59,966 nt of DNA from Erysipelotrichaceae bacterium (GTDB lineage: Bacteria; Bacillota_I; Bacilli_A; Erysipelotrichales; Erysipelotrichaceae), in assembly GCA_900770275.1 (NCBI GenBank), contig CAAGJS010000088.1:1-59966 (forward strand). The letters are read 5' to 3'. Position numbers and translations under genes: made by a program. Positions 27,638-37,470 of the stretch are shown here, in pieces. The notes under the pieces are model-generated. The model was not told the origin of the DNA, did no database searches, and saw only the letters and a program-made list of their open reading frames with translations. Each line of letters starts with the position of its first letter. Position 1 is the first letter of the stretch.

Positions 27638-30600
27638 ATGAAAAAACTGTTGAGACTATTGTGTGTATTTGTTCTTCTTCCTTCGCTTGTCACAAATGTC
27701 CTGGGTGAGATGGACCCGGCTCCTTCACCGCCCGATGATGAAGGCAGTATCTCGATGCCATCACCATCGGCTGATTCCGCAGAAGAGATTGTTTCTGCAC
27801 AGGACAGTGGTGAATCCGGGGAAGAAACTGTTCCGGATGAAGCTGAAGAAAAGGATGCTGGGTCGGATGATTCTGTAATGAAACCTGTTACCAGTGAGGA
27901 AAACGGACCGGTGGAAGTGTCCCTGGGATTTGGTGAAACAGAGACGCTTGGTCATGCGGCGGCACGAATGCGACTGGCCAAGGCGGCGACTTCTTCGACG
28001 CAGTTGATGTCGGAAGGTTTCATTGCGTCCTACGATGCGCCCAATGCGCCAGGCAAGTATCGCTTCTTTGCGATGATGACCCTAAATGGCCGGCCGGCTT
28101 ATTGCCTGGAGCCGGGAATTTCCAATGGCCTTGAAGATGGGGTTGGTCCTTTCTATTCCGCCTCCATGGACAAACTGAGCGGCGATCTGCAGCAGCGGGT
28201 AAAGCGCATTGCATTCTTTGGCTATGGTCATCCGATGACGGGCAGTTCCTCTGATGCCTACATTGCGACCCAGCTGTTGATCTGGAAGGAGATTCAGGCT
28301 CCCCTTTATGAGCATATTTACGCCACCTTCCAGAAATGCGGAACGCCTCAGAAACAGCTGCGCGCATGTACGCTGGGGCAGGATGGGATCGATGGTCTGA
28401 TGAGTTCCATCATGAATCTGGTGGATAATTATGACCGGGTACCTTCGTTTGCGGACAGCTGGCATGGTGTGCGTCATTACAGTCTTGGCTGGGATGAGAC
28501 ACTGAGCCTGACGGACAGCGAAGGCATTCTTTCATGGTTTGAAGAAGACGCCAGGGAAAGCCACAAAGGGATCCATCTGCAGAAGGAAGGAAATACGCTG
28601 CACATTGATATTGACGATCTTTATTACGAAGGCCACGATACAGCTTCCGGGAAAACGCTGACCTTCCATCGAAAACCGGAGCTTTGGAACAATATGATGG
28701 CCGGTGCGATCGTCTATACCAGCGGCGTCTATCAGAAGCTGTTTGCGGAAACGGCAGATGATCCTGTTCCTTCCTATCAGCTGTCGTTCAAGCTGAAGAC
28801 CGCAGATATCAAAATTCAGAAGGTTGATGAATATGGCAATGCTGTCCCGGGACAGAGTGCTGTCTATTACCTTGGCTGGAAAGAAGATCCCGAGCGCCAG
28901 TATCACAGTGATTCTGGAAATGACCTTCGCTGGAAAAAAAACCATGGCGACCGCGTCACCAGGGATGACGCAGACGGCCAGGCCGACCAGGTCGGCAAGG
29001 AGAGGGTGTATTATCCTTTGCTCAACAGGGATGGAACTACGGTACGGAAGTTTACCAGTGATGCTAATGGGGTCCTTCATATTTCGGGGCTGTTGCCGGC
29101 AGAGCGGACATGGTGGATCCGGGAGGCTGAGACATCGGATGCGTATCTTCTGAATCCGGATGTCTGGAGTATGGGGACAGGGGCCCCTGGGACGACCAAT
29201 ACGGCTTCCTTTGCCAATGCGCTGCGGGATGTGGAGCTTGAGCTTGTCAAGCAGGATGAAGAGGAGCCGTCGATCAAGATCAATGGTGCCGATTTTAAGA
29301 TCTATGAAACAGGAATCACGGATCTCAGCCGCGATCCGATGGCGTTAGGCTTTGACATCAACACCAGCCGCATGGAACAGCCAGAGCTGACCTATTGGCA
29401 GCTGGCAGAGTACAGCACACTGAAAGCCGGCGATCGCTTTGTGCTTGGAGACTGGCAGTACGAAATCCTGAAGGAAGAAAACGGGGTTTATTCCGTTCAG
29501 GCGCAAAGAGAGGAACTGACAGAGGATACGGTTGTTCTCTCGCGGTATCCCTTTGATGGAAAAGAAGTGGGCGATGTGGTAACGATCACGGTACCTCTTC
29601 GCCATCGCGGAACATCTGCTTCGGAAGATGATGAAACTGCTGTATATCCGCTTCGCATTGAGAAAATTGAAGACGGCATTCTGACGGCGGTTCATACCGG
29701 TCTCTTTGAAAATGTCCTTGTAAAGGAGAATACGGTGCCAAGCCTTGAAACGGTCCGTTCCCTGTGTGATCGGGATCCTGTTCTGAGCGGACATCGCTTT
29801 CTCTATGACGGCATTTACTACACCGTTGGCCGTGTGTATGAGAATTCCATGATCATCCATCCGGCAAGGAGTTTTGCCGTCGACCTCAACGACGCGGCGC
29901 CGGCTGTTTATGATCTGCCCGATCTGCGCAATATTCATGCTGGGGAAAGCTTTTCTCTTTCCTTCCATGGCGAAGAAACATCCTTTACGGTTCGTTCCAA
30001 GTCAGAAGAAGCGGTGGTACTTGAAAGTGAAGCGGGACGGCATACGGTTGCCCTGGCGCAATGGATCAGCTGGGATGACATCCCCCAGCAGATCGAAAGT
30101 CAGGAAACATTTACGGTTGCTCATATTAAAGAACCTGAATATGTGGTGATGGACAGCCGTGGAAACACCTACGAAGTAACGTCAGCCACCGCATCGGGGC
30201 CGATCACCTATGGAGAGCTTCTGAACAGCGCGGATGATATAGGCGTACGCGGACTTGAACCTGGTCATTCCTTTACCAGGCCGATGGAAAAGGAAGAAAT
30301 CCTGGAGATTGAACCGGTGCTGTTTGAATCGATTACCGAACAGGAAAAAGCAGAGGGAACGTTCATTCGCAATGAGCGGACCTACACCATTATTTCCGTA
30401 GATGATGTCAGCGTTCGTGCTTCGACGATCAATGACGGAAAGGAATACCTGCTGGAAACGACATCCGCTCTGCCCGCATCCGTTTCCATTCATATCACTA
30501 TGGAAGACGTGACATTTACTGTTACGGACCGGGTGGAAAAGGAAATCGATCTGCAGTGGAATACCATTGTGCCCGGCGTGAACAGTCATACTGCGGATGG

Positions 30601-33600
30601 CTCTTTGCATCTTTATGCATGGGCAGACAGTGAAAGCGTCGAAACATTGCAGGCGAGGGATACTGCGGGAAAGAATCTGACGGCTGGAGATACCTTTACG
30701 GATCAAAGTGGGGAAAGCTATACCGTTCTCTTCAAGGATCCGCTGCATTCTCTTTATGTCGTACAGTCGCGCAAAGGCCGCTATGAAATCAATGGCGATC
30801 AGGTGACGCCGATCAGTCCGGTATCCTTTTGGGATTATGTGGGACTGGAAGAAACCAATGGCAAAACATTTGCGGTCGGTGACAGCTTTACGTTTCCTTA
30901 TCAGCGTTCGATGGCGGAAGGTGACACCTTCCTGATCGATGGCAGGGCCCATGTGTTAGTGGACCATGCCTATGAGGCAGACAATGGGGCCAGTGTGCTT
31001 GCCAAAGATCCGTTCTATGAAAAAACCATCTTCCATGCGCTGGAAGATGATGCGCCGTTTGCGGCAGACGAGCTGTTTCAAAAGATGCGTCAGAATCTGC
31101 CGCTGGAAAAGTATGGCGTATTGTTTTCGGCTGTTGGCGGCAGTGATACAAACGATCGCAATACGGTGTATCTCGAAGGAGCGGATGGTGTTCGCTATGC
31201 CTATGTTCATGCCAAAGTTCGTGATGAAAGCGAGCGTTCCCCGGCTGAAGAGAGACAGCCGCAGCTGATCTTTCAGGTAAAAAAGGAAGATGGTCTCAGC
31301 TGGCATCAGCTGATGATGATTCGCTCTGGCAGGAAACGGCCTCAGCAGCACGTTATGCTCGAAGGAAATCTTTATGAAATTGTCGCCATCGCGGAAGATT
31401 CGGCAGAGCTGAAAAATGAAGCCGATGAAACAACAGCCATTTTGCGAGCGGAGGATGCTGATCTCTTTGCGGAATTTGACTCTGCGCTGCTGGAAATGGT
31501 TGTGGGAGATCTGCTGGATTATCAGGGCAGTTCCTATGTGATTCAGGAAACCGGAACCGGTGCCCATGGCAGCTATGTACGCCTGCGGCGGACAAGTGAT
31601 AATCAAAGCATTCTGGTGGAGGAAAGCCCGGATCCTGATGCACTGACCATGGAAGAGATCCGCTTCCTGAAGCCGGAGACACTCTATGACCTTAAGGCAA
31701 TGTTTCCAAAGACGGCTTCCTTTACTCTTTCTGCTGAAAATCCGCATGTGGCGGTCAGTGACAATCAGTACCTGCAGTCCGACGCCAATGCGTCGATCGT
31801 TCTGCAGCTGAGGGATGATGCGGGCTATGTGATGCAGGAAAAGAGAATTGTTTTTTCCCATGCAGAAAAGGAACATTCAGAGTCCGCGCTTGGCGTCTTC
31901 CAGGGGACGACAGGGAAACAATATGTCCGCCTCATTGATCCTTTACGTCATAATCGTCCTTTACCATGGACGACGATCGATGTCTGCTCGGACCGGGAAT
32001 TGACGAAGAGGGCTGCGGCGCTTACGAGCAATGAATCCGGGGTGATTGATCTGAACGGAATCGCGACCGGCACCTACTGGTACAAACATCCGATCAGCGG
32101 AAATACGGAATCTTTCTCCGTCACGGATCCGGAAACGAAAACCGGGACTCTGGGAATTACCCATCTCAAATGGGGAAGAACATACATGGCCTGTGAATGG
32201 GGGCTGCCCGAGGGCTATGACTACGGGTCCAGTGAAGTATGCCATCGCTTCACCCTGGATGCTCAGCCTGGGGCGCAGCGGATCCAGGCGTCCCTTGAAA
32301 ATCGTCTGCGGCGTCTTAAGGTTGAGGTGCTCAAGGTGGATCAGGATCAGCGCGAAACAAAACTTGATAATGCCTGGTTTACGCTGCGGGAGCTGGATAT
32401 TGATGCCAGGGAGGAGGATTCTTCCTTCGTCTCGCGCCTGAGAATTTCGGATCTTGGAAAGGATGCGGCAGCGGGCGATGAAGTGATTGTGTGGCCGGCA
32501 AAGGAAGGCGGCGCAAGCGATATCTACCGGATCGAAGCCATTGAAGAGACACAGGTTTCCGTTTCCCGATTGCAGGGAAGTGTATTCTCGGATGTGATTC
32601 CCATTCCGATTCGCGGCATTTCAGCAACGGCACCGTTTCTCTATCAGGATCTGGTCAATGCGGCCGGGACACTTGAAAAGGGGACGGTCGTATCGATCAA
32701 AGAAAAGGTTCCCCGCGAAGAGATGCGGCGCTTTTGGATCCGTTCCATTGCATATGGGCCAGGTACCGATGTGTTTGGAGATCCTGTATCAAATTCCGTC
32801 ATTCAGTCTGCTGTACTGATCGAAGAAGGCAATGAAAATGCGCAGCCCATCACGGTGCGCCGCGACACTCCAGCCATTGCAGGCAGAAAGATCGGGACCT
32901 TTCTCAGCGGCGGACTGCGGATTGAGAAGACAATGGCGGTAAGTTCTGTCCCGTTGACCTTTTCGCAGGTCCTGGAGCAGCTGACGGATGGTATTGCAAT
33001 CGGCGATACGGTTCGCGGCAGTATCCCTAAGACAGCGATCGTTCCTTCGATTGATCAGGTTGTCAGGAATGATGAAACCGGCGCAGAGACGATTGAAAAG
33101 GATGGCCTAACATGGACCGTCCGCGCGGGGGATACGGGCTATGATCTGACTGCCCATGATGTGACGGTACATCTTGAAGAAGGAATGAGCAGCGGAGCGA
33201 TCTTCTGGATGGAAGAGGTGGATCTGAAGATCTGGAACATAGAAGAAACGGACGGAGCGATTACTTCGGTGACAGTGACAGATGGCTCTTCTTACTGGTA
33301 TCTTTCGCTAGACGAAGAGAATAGTCTTCAGACCATCGGTCGTCCCGGTGTTTACGCAGAGGTAAGAAAGGAAGATACGGATCAGCCGGTATTCAGGGGC
33401 TATACAGGGATCGATGGCACCATCGTTCTTCCCTCGCTTGCGGAAGGAAGCTATCGCATTGAAAGTGAAGGAAACGTTCAAACGGTCCATGTCAGCCGCG
33501 GCGGCTTTGAAGTGGATGGTCTTCGCTATGGTGTGCCGGTTGAACTGTGCGAGACACGGACACCGCTTGGCTATCTGGTTGGCAATGCATGTACCATCCT

Positions 33601-33709
33601 TGTGCCGAAAGCTGCATATGCGACGGATACAGTGCGCAACTTCAAACCGAATCAGCGTCTTCGTACACGTACAGAAAAAGTTCGCCGCCGGCGGACGGGG
33701 ATCGAATGA
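27638..33709 (+). CDS. 2023-aa surface adhesin with a Cys-Gln thioester domain and SpaA/CnaB-like isopeptide domains
   Basis: Signal peptide; YCLEPG and TQLLIW thioester motifs; KVD..GA.F, G.L.I.GL and E-box-like (E..P.GY) pilin motifs; followed by a sortase gene. Confidence 0.85.
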   Translation: MKKLLRLLCVFVLLPSLVTNVLGEMDPAPSPPDDEGSISMPSPSADSAEEIVSAQDSGESGEETVPDEAEEKDAGSDDSVMKPVTSEENGPVEVSLGFGETETLGHAAARMRLAKAATSSTQLMSEGFIASYDAPNAPGKYRFFAMMTLNGRPAYCLEPGISNGLEDGVGPFYSASMDKLSGDLQQRVKRIAFFGYGHPMTGSSSDAYIATQLLIWKEIQAPLYEHIYATFQKCGTPQKQLRACTLGQDGIDGLMSSIMNLVDNYDRVPSFADSWHGVRHYSLGWDETLSLTDSEGILSWFEEDARESHKGIHLQKEGNTLHIDIDDLYYEGHDTASGKTLTFHRKPELWNNMMAGAIVYTSGVYQKLFAETADDPVPSYQLSFKLKTADIKIQKVDEYGNAVPGQSAVYYLGWKEDPERQYHSDSGNDLRWKKNHGDRVTRDDADGQADQVGKERVYYPLLNRDGTTVRKFTSDANGVLHISGLLPAERTWWIREAETSDAYLLNPDVWSMGTGAPGTTNTASFANALRDVELELVKQDEEEPSIKINGADFKIYETGITDLSRDPMALGFDINTSRMEQPELTYWQLAEYSTLKAGDRFVLGDWQYEILKEENGVYSVQAQREELTEDTVVLSRYPFDGKEVGDVVTITVPLRHRGTSASEDDETAVYPLRIEKIEDGILTAVHTGLFENVLVKENTVPSLETVRSLCDRDPVLSGHRFLYDGIYYTVGRVYENSMIIHPARSFAVDLNDAAPAVYDLPDLRNIHAGESFSLSFHGEETSFTVRSKSEEAVVLESEAGRHTVALAQWISWDDIPQQIESQETFTVAHIKEPEYVVMDSRGNTYEVTSATASGPITYGELLNSADDIGVRGLEPGHSFTRPMEKEEILEIEPVLFESITEQEKAEGTFIRNERTYTIISVDDVSVRASTINDGKEYLLETTSALPASVSIHITMEDVTFTVTDRVEKEIDLQWNTIVPGVNSHTADGSLHLYAWADSESVETLQARDTAGKNLTAGDTFTDQSGESYTVLFKDPLHSLYVVQSRKGRYEINGDQVTPISPVSFWDYVGLEETNGKTFAVGDSFTFPYQRSMAEGDTFLIDGRAHVLVDHAYEADNGASVLAKDPFYEKTIFHALEDDAPFAADELFQKMRQNLPLEKYGVLFSAVGGSDTNDRNTVYLEGADGVRYAYVHAKVRDESERSPAEERQPQLIFQVKKEDGLSWHQLMMIRSGRKRPQQHVMLEGNLYEIVAIAEDSAELKNEADETTAILRAEDADLFAEFDSALLEMVVGDLLDYQGSSYVIQETGTGAHGSYVRLRRTSDNQSILVEESPDPDALTMEEIRFLKPETLYDLKAMFPKTASFTLSAENPHVAVSDNQYLQSDANASIVLQLRDDAGYVMQEKRIVFSHAEKEHSESALGVFQGTTGKQYVRLIDPLRHNRPLPWTTIDVCSDRELTKRAAALTSNESGVIDLNGIATGTYWYKHPISGNTESFSVTDPETKTGTLGITHLKWGRTYMACEWGLPEGYDYGSSEVCHRFTLDAQPGAQRIQASLENRLRRLKVEVLKVDQDQRETKLDNAWFTLRELDIDAREEDSSFVSRLRISDLGKDAAAGDEVIVWPAKEGGASDIYRIEAIEETQVSVSRLQGSVFSDVIPIPIRGISATAPFLYQDLVNAAGTLEKGTVVSIKEKVPREEMRRFWIRSIAYGPGTDVFGDPVSNSVIQSAVLIEEGNENAQPITVRRDTPAIAGRKIGTFLSGGLRIEKTMAVSSVPLTFSQVLEQLTDGIAIGDTVRGSIPKTAIVPSIDQVVRNDETGAETIEKDGLTWTVRAGDTGYDLTAHDVTVHLEEGMSSGAIFWMEEVDLKIWNIEETDGAITSVTVTDGSSYWYLSLDEENSLQTIGRPGVYAEVRKEDTDQPVFRGYTGIDGTIVLPSLAEGSYRIESEGNVQTVHVSRGGFEVDGLRYGVPVELCETRTPLGYLVGNACTILVPKAAYATDTVRNFKPNQRLRTRTEKVRRRRTGIE

Positions 33710-34434
33710 TGCGGCTGAGAAGATGGGTGAAATATTCAATAATTGCTGCGGCACTGGTCCCGTGCGCCGCCCTGGTCTTCTTGCCTTTGGGAACAGATGG
33801 TCCTTCTTCTGATTCCCGTTCTTTGAGGGATATTGATGAAGGGATCATGGAAAAGGAGCTTTACTCTTTAGCGGACTGGCAGAGCGTGAATCCGGATGTG
33901 TGCTATGTGATCCATTTCGAGGGCATCGATGAAGCACAGTCGCTGCCGGTTGTTTCGACGGTGAATACGGATTACGCATTGAGCCACGACCTGCGGGGGA
34001 GGGAAGATCCTGAGGGAATGATCTTCATTGATCGAAGAGAACGGACCGGTGAAAACAAGGTGATCTATGGACATGCCAGCCGCAGTAATAATGTGCGTTT
34101 CACGTTTCTGAAGAATTTCCGTGATGATGTCTATTTTGATCAGCATCCTTTCATTGATCTGGAAAGTTCATCGGGGATGGAACGCTACACGATCGTTTCC
34201 TTCGGTGCTTACGATCTTAAGCAGCCGTCGGTTTATACCGGCTGGGCAGACAGTGATTTTGAAGAGGGAGGAAGAGAGAAGATGTTTCAGGAGACGGTTC
34301 CCTATCTTCTGCAGAAGCGGAGTGGAATTCTCTATGATGCGGGCGGGATTGTGACCCTTGTTACCTGTGAGGCAGGATCACTGGATACGCGCTTCGTTCT
34401 GCAGGCTGTACGCGCAGAGGACAGTTATGGCTGA
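33706..34434 (+). CDS. srtB: Class B sortase
   Basis: N-terminal TM, NPD, G.IFID, NKVIYGH, F..L and TLVTC..R catalytic motifs; ATGA overlap with the adhesin stop. Confidence 0.88.
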   Translation: MMRLRRWVKYSIIAAALVPCAALVFLPLGTDGPSSDSRSLRDIDEGIMEKELYSLADWQSVNPDVCYVIHFEGIDEAQSLPVVSTVNTDYALSHDLRGREDPEGMIFIDRRERTGENKVIYGHASRSNNVRFTFLKNFRDDVYFDQHPFIDLESSSGMERYTIVSFGAYDLKQPSVYTGWADSDFEEGGREKMFQETVPYLLQKRSGILYDAGGIVTLVTCEAGSLDTRFVLQAVRAEDSYG

Positions 34435-35473
34435 GCGGTTAACGCCTCTTCAGCAGCAGGAGCTTGAACTTGCCCTGTGTAAGCTGAGTCCGGAAGGCGT
34501 CGATCTGATCCGCGGTCACAGGCTTAACTATCTGCAGATGCGGGAGATCCGGCTTGGACTTGAAAGAGGAATGAGCGTTGAACAGGTAAAGCCGATTGCC
34601 CGTAAGTGGATTGATCATTCCGAGATGAAGGAGCTGCTTGCGGCAGTTGAGGCAGGAGAGGATGTGTCGATCCCCCGGCGGCCCAGGAAGATCCTTCCGC
34701 TTGTTCTGAGTGTGATCTTTGGAATCGGCATTGTCGGCGCTCTGTACTTTTATCGTTCCATGCCCTCAGAGAAACTGTTTGTTCCGCTTCTGCAGAAGGA
34801 GATTCGTCTTTCGACCGGAATGACATTTGATCCAAAGGCCTATGTGAAGCCGCAGCTTCTTCCTTTGGATGTTCAGATCCGCTATCCCGATTCCTTTGTC
34901 TGTACTGTTCCTCAGGTGCGTCTGGTTGTGTATCAGGTCTCGCGGGGCAATGAGACGGTTGACGGCATTCTTCGCATTGAAATTGTCGATGAGACGGCTC
35001 CGGCACTGCGGCTGAAACAGTCAGAAGTAACGCTGGCGAAAGATGAAGTATTTTCCTGCATGGCTTATATTGAAGAAGCCGTGGATGAGGTAGATGGAGA
35101 TCTGAGCAGCAGCGTTGAATGCAGCGACGAACTGCGGCCGCAGTACGATCAGGAGGTTCTCTATTCGGTAGAAGATCGTTCCGGCAATATCCAGAGGGCG
35201 TATCTTCTTGTGTTTCAGGAAGAATATGGCGAAGAAGCAGCGGGCGGGGATCTGCTGGAAGAATCTGTTACCAATGCGTCCGCTGATTTTTCTTCTTCGT
35301 CTTCTCCTTCTGCCTCTGCTTCTTCCGTTCCTTCTGTTTTGCCTTCCTACGTTCCTTCTTCTGCACCGGTTGTACCTCCGGAAGAAGTCTATGAAGAGAC
35401 GGAGGTTATTGTCAGTGAAAGCGTTGAAGTAGAAAGCAGCGACGTCGTCGTCAGCCATGACGCATCCTTCTAG
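34427..35473 (+). CDS. Single-pass membrane protein with extracellular Ig-like domains and a Ser/Glu-rich tail
   Basis: Cytoplasmic QMREIRLGLE.G segment, TM, VDETAP.L / DEVDGDLS / D.SGN Ig-like motifs; overlaps the sortase stop. Confidence 0.7.
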   Translation: MAERLTPLQQQELELALCKLSPEGVDLIRGHRLNYLQMREIRLGLERGMSVEQVKPIARKWIDHSEMKELLAAVEAGEDVSIPRRPRKILPLVLSVIFGIGIVGALYFYRSMPSEKLFVPLLQKEIRLSTGMTFDPKAYVKPQLLPLDVQIRYPDSFVCTVPQVRLVVYQVSRGNETVDGILRIEIVDETAPALRLKQSEVTLAKDEVFSCMAYIEEAVDEVDGDLSSSVECSDELRPQYDQEVLYSVEDRSGNIQRAYLLVFQEEYGEEAAGGDLLEESVTNASADFSSSSSPSASASSVPSVLPSYVPSSAPVVPPEEVYEETEVIVSESVEVESSDVVVSHDASF

Positions 35474-35504
35474 GTGTACAATCGGAGCTGTCGAGGTGAA
35501 ATGG

Positions 35505-36581
35505 ATGAATGAAGAAAGAGCAAAGAACGTACTTGTACGTCTGAAGAAGCTTGGAGCAAGTCAGCTGATTGTAACGGAGCCGGTTGCTGTGTACTGGCTG
35601 AGCGGGAAGCTGATTGAACCGGGGGAACGTTTCCTTGGCCTGTATCTTCACGAAGATGAGATGCCGGTCCTGTTTGTCAACCGTCTGTTTCCATGCGAAG
35701 AAGATGGCTTCCGCATCGTCTGGTACAGCGATGGTGACGATGTCATCGGACTGCTGAAGAAGACGCTTCATGAAGATGAGGTACTTGGCGTCGATAAGAA
35801 TATGGCTGCCGTATTCCTTCTGCCGTTATTTGAACGTCATGCGGCTGCCGGCATCATCAATGGGTCCGATGCAGTAGATGCGGCACGGGCCATCAAGGAT
35901 GAAACGGAGCTGGAATATCTGCGTCAGTCTTCGCGGATCAATGATGCGGCCATGGCACGCTTCAAGGCACTGGTTCATGAAGGCGTAACGGAACGTGAAG
36001 TAGCCGATCAGACAGCCGCAATCTACAAGGAACTGGGCGGAGAGCCTTTCTCCTTCCCGCCGATTGTTTCGTTTGGAGCCAATGCGGCAGATCCGCATCA
36101 TATGCCGGATGATACGATCGTAAAGGAAGGGGACTGTGTCCTGTTTGATGTCGGCTGTAAGTATCATGGCTACTGCTCCGATATGACACGTACCTTCTAT
36201 TTCAAAAAAGCACCCGATGAGCGGGTGCAGCGGATCTACAATCTTGTGCGTTCAGCCAATGAAGAAGCCGAACAGGCGGAACATGCCGGCATGAAGCGCA
36301 GCGACATCGATGCCATTGCCCGCACGATCATTACGGATGGCGGCTACGGTCCGCAGTTCAATCACCGTCTGGGTCATTTCATCGGCCTCACGGATCATGA
36401 AAAGGGCGATATTTCCATGGCGGATCATGCCGTGCTGGAAGTAAACAACGTCCATTCCATTGAACCGGGCATCTATCTTTCAGGTGATACGGGTGTCCGC
36501 ATTGAGGATCTGGTCATCGTTGGAGAAGACGGTGTCGAAGTACTGAACAAGTATCCCAAGGATATTGAGGTGATTGGCTGA
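35505..36581 (+). CDS. Xaa-Pro peptidase (M24B, PepQ/PepP-like)
   Basis: R.IKD..E, ADPHH, DVG..YCSDMTRT, HRLGH.IG..HE, IEPGIY and GVRIED motifs; GAGGTG RBS. Confidence 0.93.
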   Translation: MNEERAKNVLVRLKKLGASQLIVTEPVAVYWLSGKLIEPGERFLGLYLHEDEMPVLFVNRLFPCEEDGFRIVWYSDGDDVIGLLKKTLHEDEVLGVDKNMAAVFLLPLFERHAAAGIINGSDAVDAARAIKDETELEYLRQSSRINDAAMARFKALVHEGVTEREVADQTAAIYKELGGEPFSFPPIVSFGANAADPHHMPDDTIVKEGDCVLFDVGCKYHGYCSDMTRTFYFKKAPDERVQRIYNLVRSANEEAEQAEHAGMKRSDIDAIARTIITDGGYGPQFNHRLGHFIGLTDHEKGDISMADHAVLEVNNVHSIEPGIYLSGDTGVRIEDLVIVGEDGVEVLNKYPKDIEVIG

Positions 36582-36582
36582 T

Positions 36583-37470
36583 TCATTTCTGATCGATCTG
36601 ATTCAGCCAGTCTCTCAGATCCCTCATGTACGCATCATGGGCATCGACAAAGCACATATGCCGCGCATTGGGATAGAGAATCCACTTCGCATGCGGCAGC
36701 TGATCGTACATTGTCTTGGCCACAAGCGGCGTGCAGAGATCATCCGTTCCGCTGCAGATGAGACATGGAATGTCAATTTCATTCAGACGTTCGGTATACT
36801 CAAAATCCTTCAGAGTTCCGGTCGGCGTATATTCGTTTGGACCCCAGGCAGTGAGGTACGCTTCGCTGCCTGCTTTTTTTGTACGTGTGAGACATTCCGG
36901 ATCCTGATCTGTGTAAGGACCTGCACAGTGCAGCTCCATGAAATGTTCATTTGCCCTGAGATAATCGGGGTCATCGAAGTTTCCTGATTCCTCCGCTTTC
37001 TGAATCGCGGCCTGTTCCTTTTCTGAAAGATAGCGTATCTGACGGTGATTTTCGCTTGCCCAGAGGCTGGCAGAAGATAAGGTGCTCGAAAGGATCATGG
37101 AAGACACGCCTTGAGGCTTTCGATCAATCATGTAGGTAATCTCGAGCATTCCGCCCCAGGATTGACCGAGCAGATGAACATGTTCCAGATGAAGGGCAGA
37201 GCGAAGGGCTTCCAGCTCATTGATCCATGTTTCCCTGGTCCATAGTTCCGGATGATGATCGAGGAAGCTCTTTCCGCAGCCGATCTGATCATAGGAAATA
37301 ACCGGACGTTCGCCGCCAAGTTCATCGAAGACTTCGAAATAGTTATGCGTACTGCCTGGTCCGCCATGAAGACAGAGCAGCGGGGTCTTACCGTTGCTCA
37401 GATCTCCGGCAATCCGGTAATAGGTTTCATGTCCAAGAAAGGGGATCGTTCCTTCCGTGATCTTTGTCAT
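36583..37470 (-). CDS. pepI: Proline iminopeptidase (S33)
   Basis: LHGGPGSTH, YDQIGCG and LGQSWGGML motifs. Confidence 0.9.
   Translation of the reverse strand: MTKITEGTIPFLGHETYYRIAGDLSNGKTPLLCLHGGPGSTHNYFEVFDELGGERPVISYDQIGCGKSFLDHHPELWTRETWINELEALRSALHLEHVHLLGQSWGGMLEITYMIDRKPQGVSSMILSSTLSSASLWASENHRQIRYLSEKEQAAIQKAEESGNFDDPDYLRANEHFMELHCAGPYTDQDPECLTRTKKAGSEAYLTAWGPNEYTPTGTLKDFEYTERLNEIDIPCLICSGTDDLCTPLVAKTMYDQLPHAKWILYPNARHMCFVDAHDAYMRDLRDWLNQIDQK

Noticed and set aside
33547..33705. Upstream extension of the sortase ORF
   Set aside because: It lies inside the adhesin CDS; ATG 33706 gives a typical basic plus TM N-terminus.
35285..35365. TCT-rich low-complexity tract (a similar one lies at 26710-26750)
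   Set aside because: It encodes Ser-rich linkers; it is not a regular tandem repeat or array.
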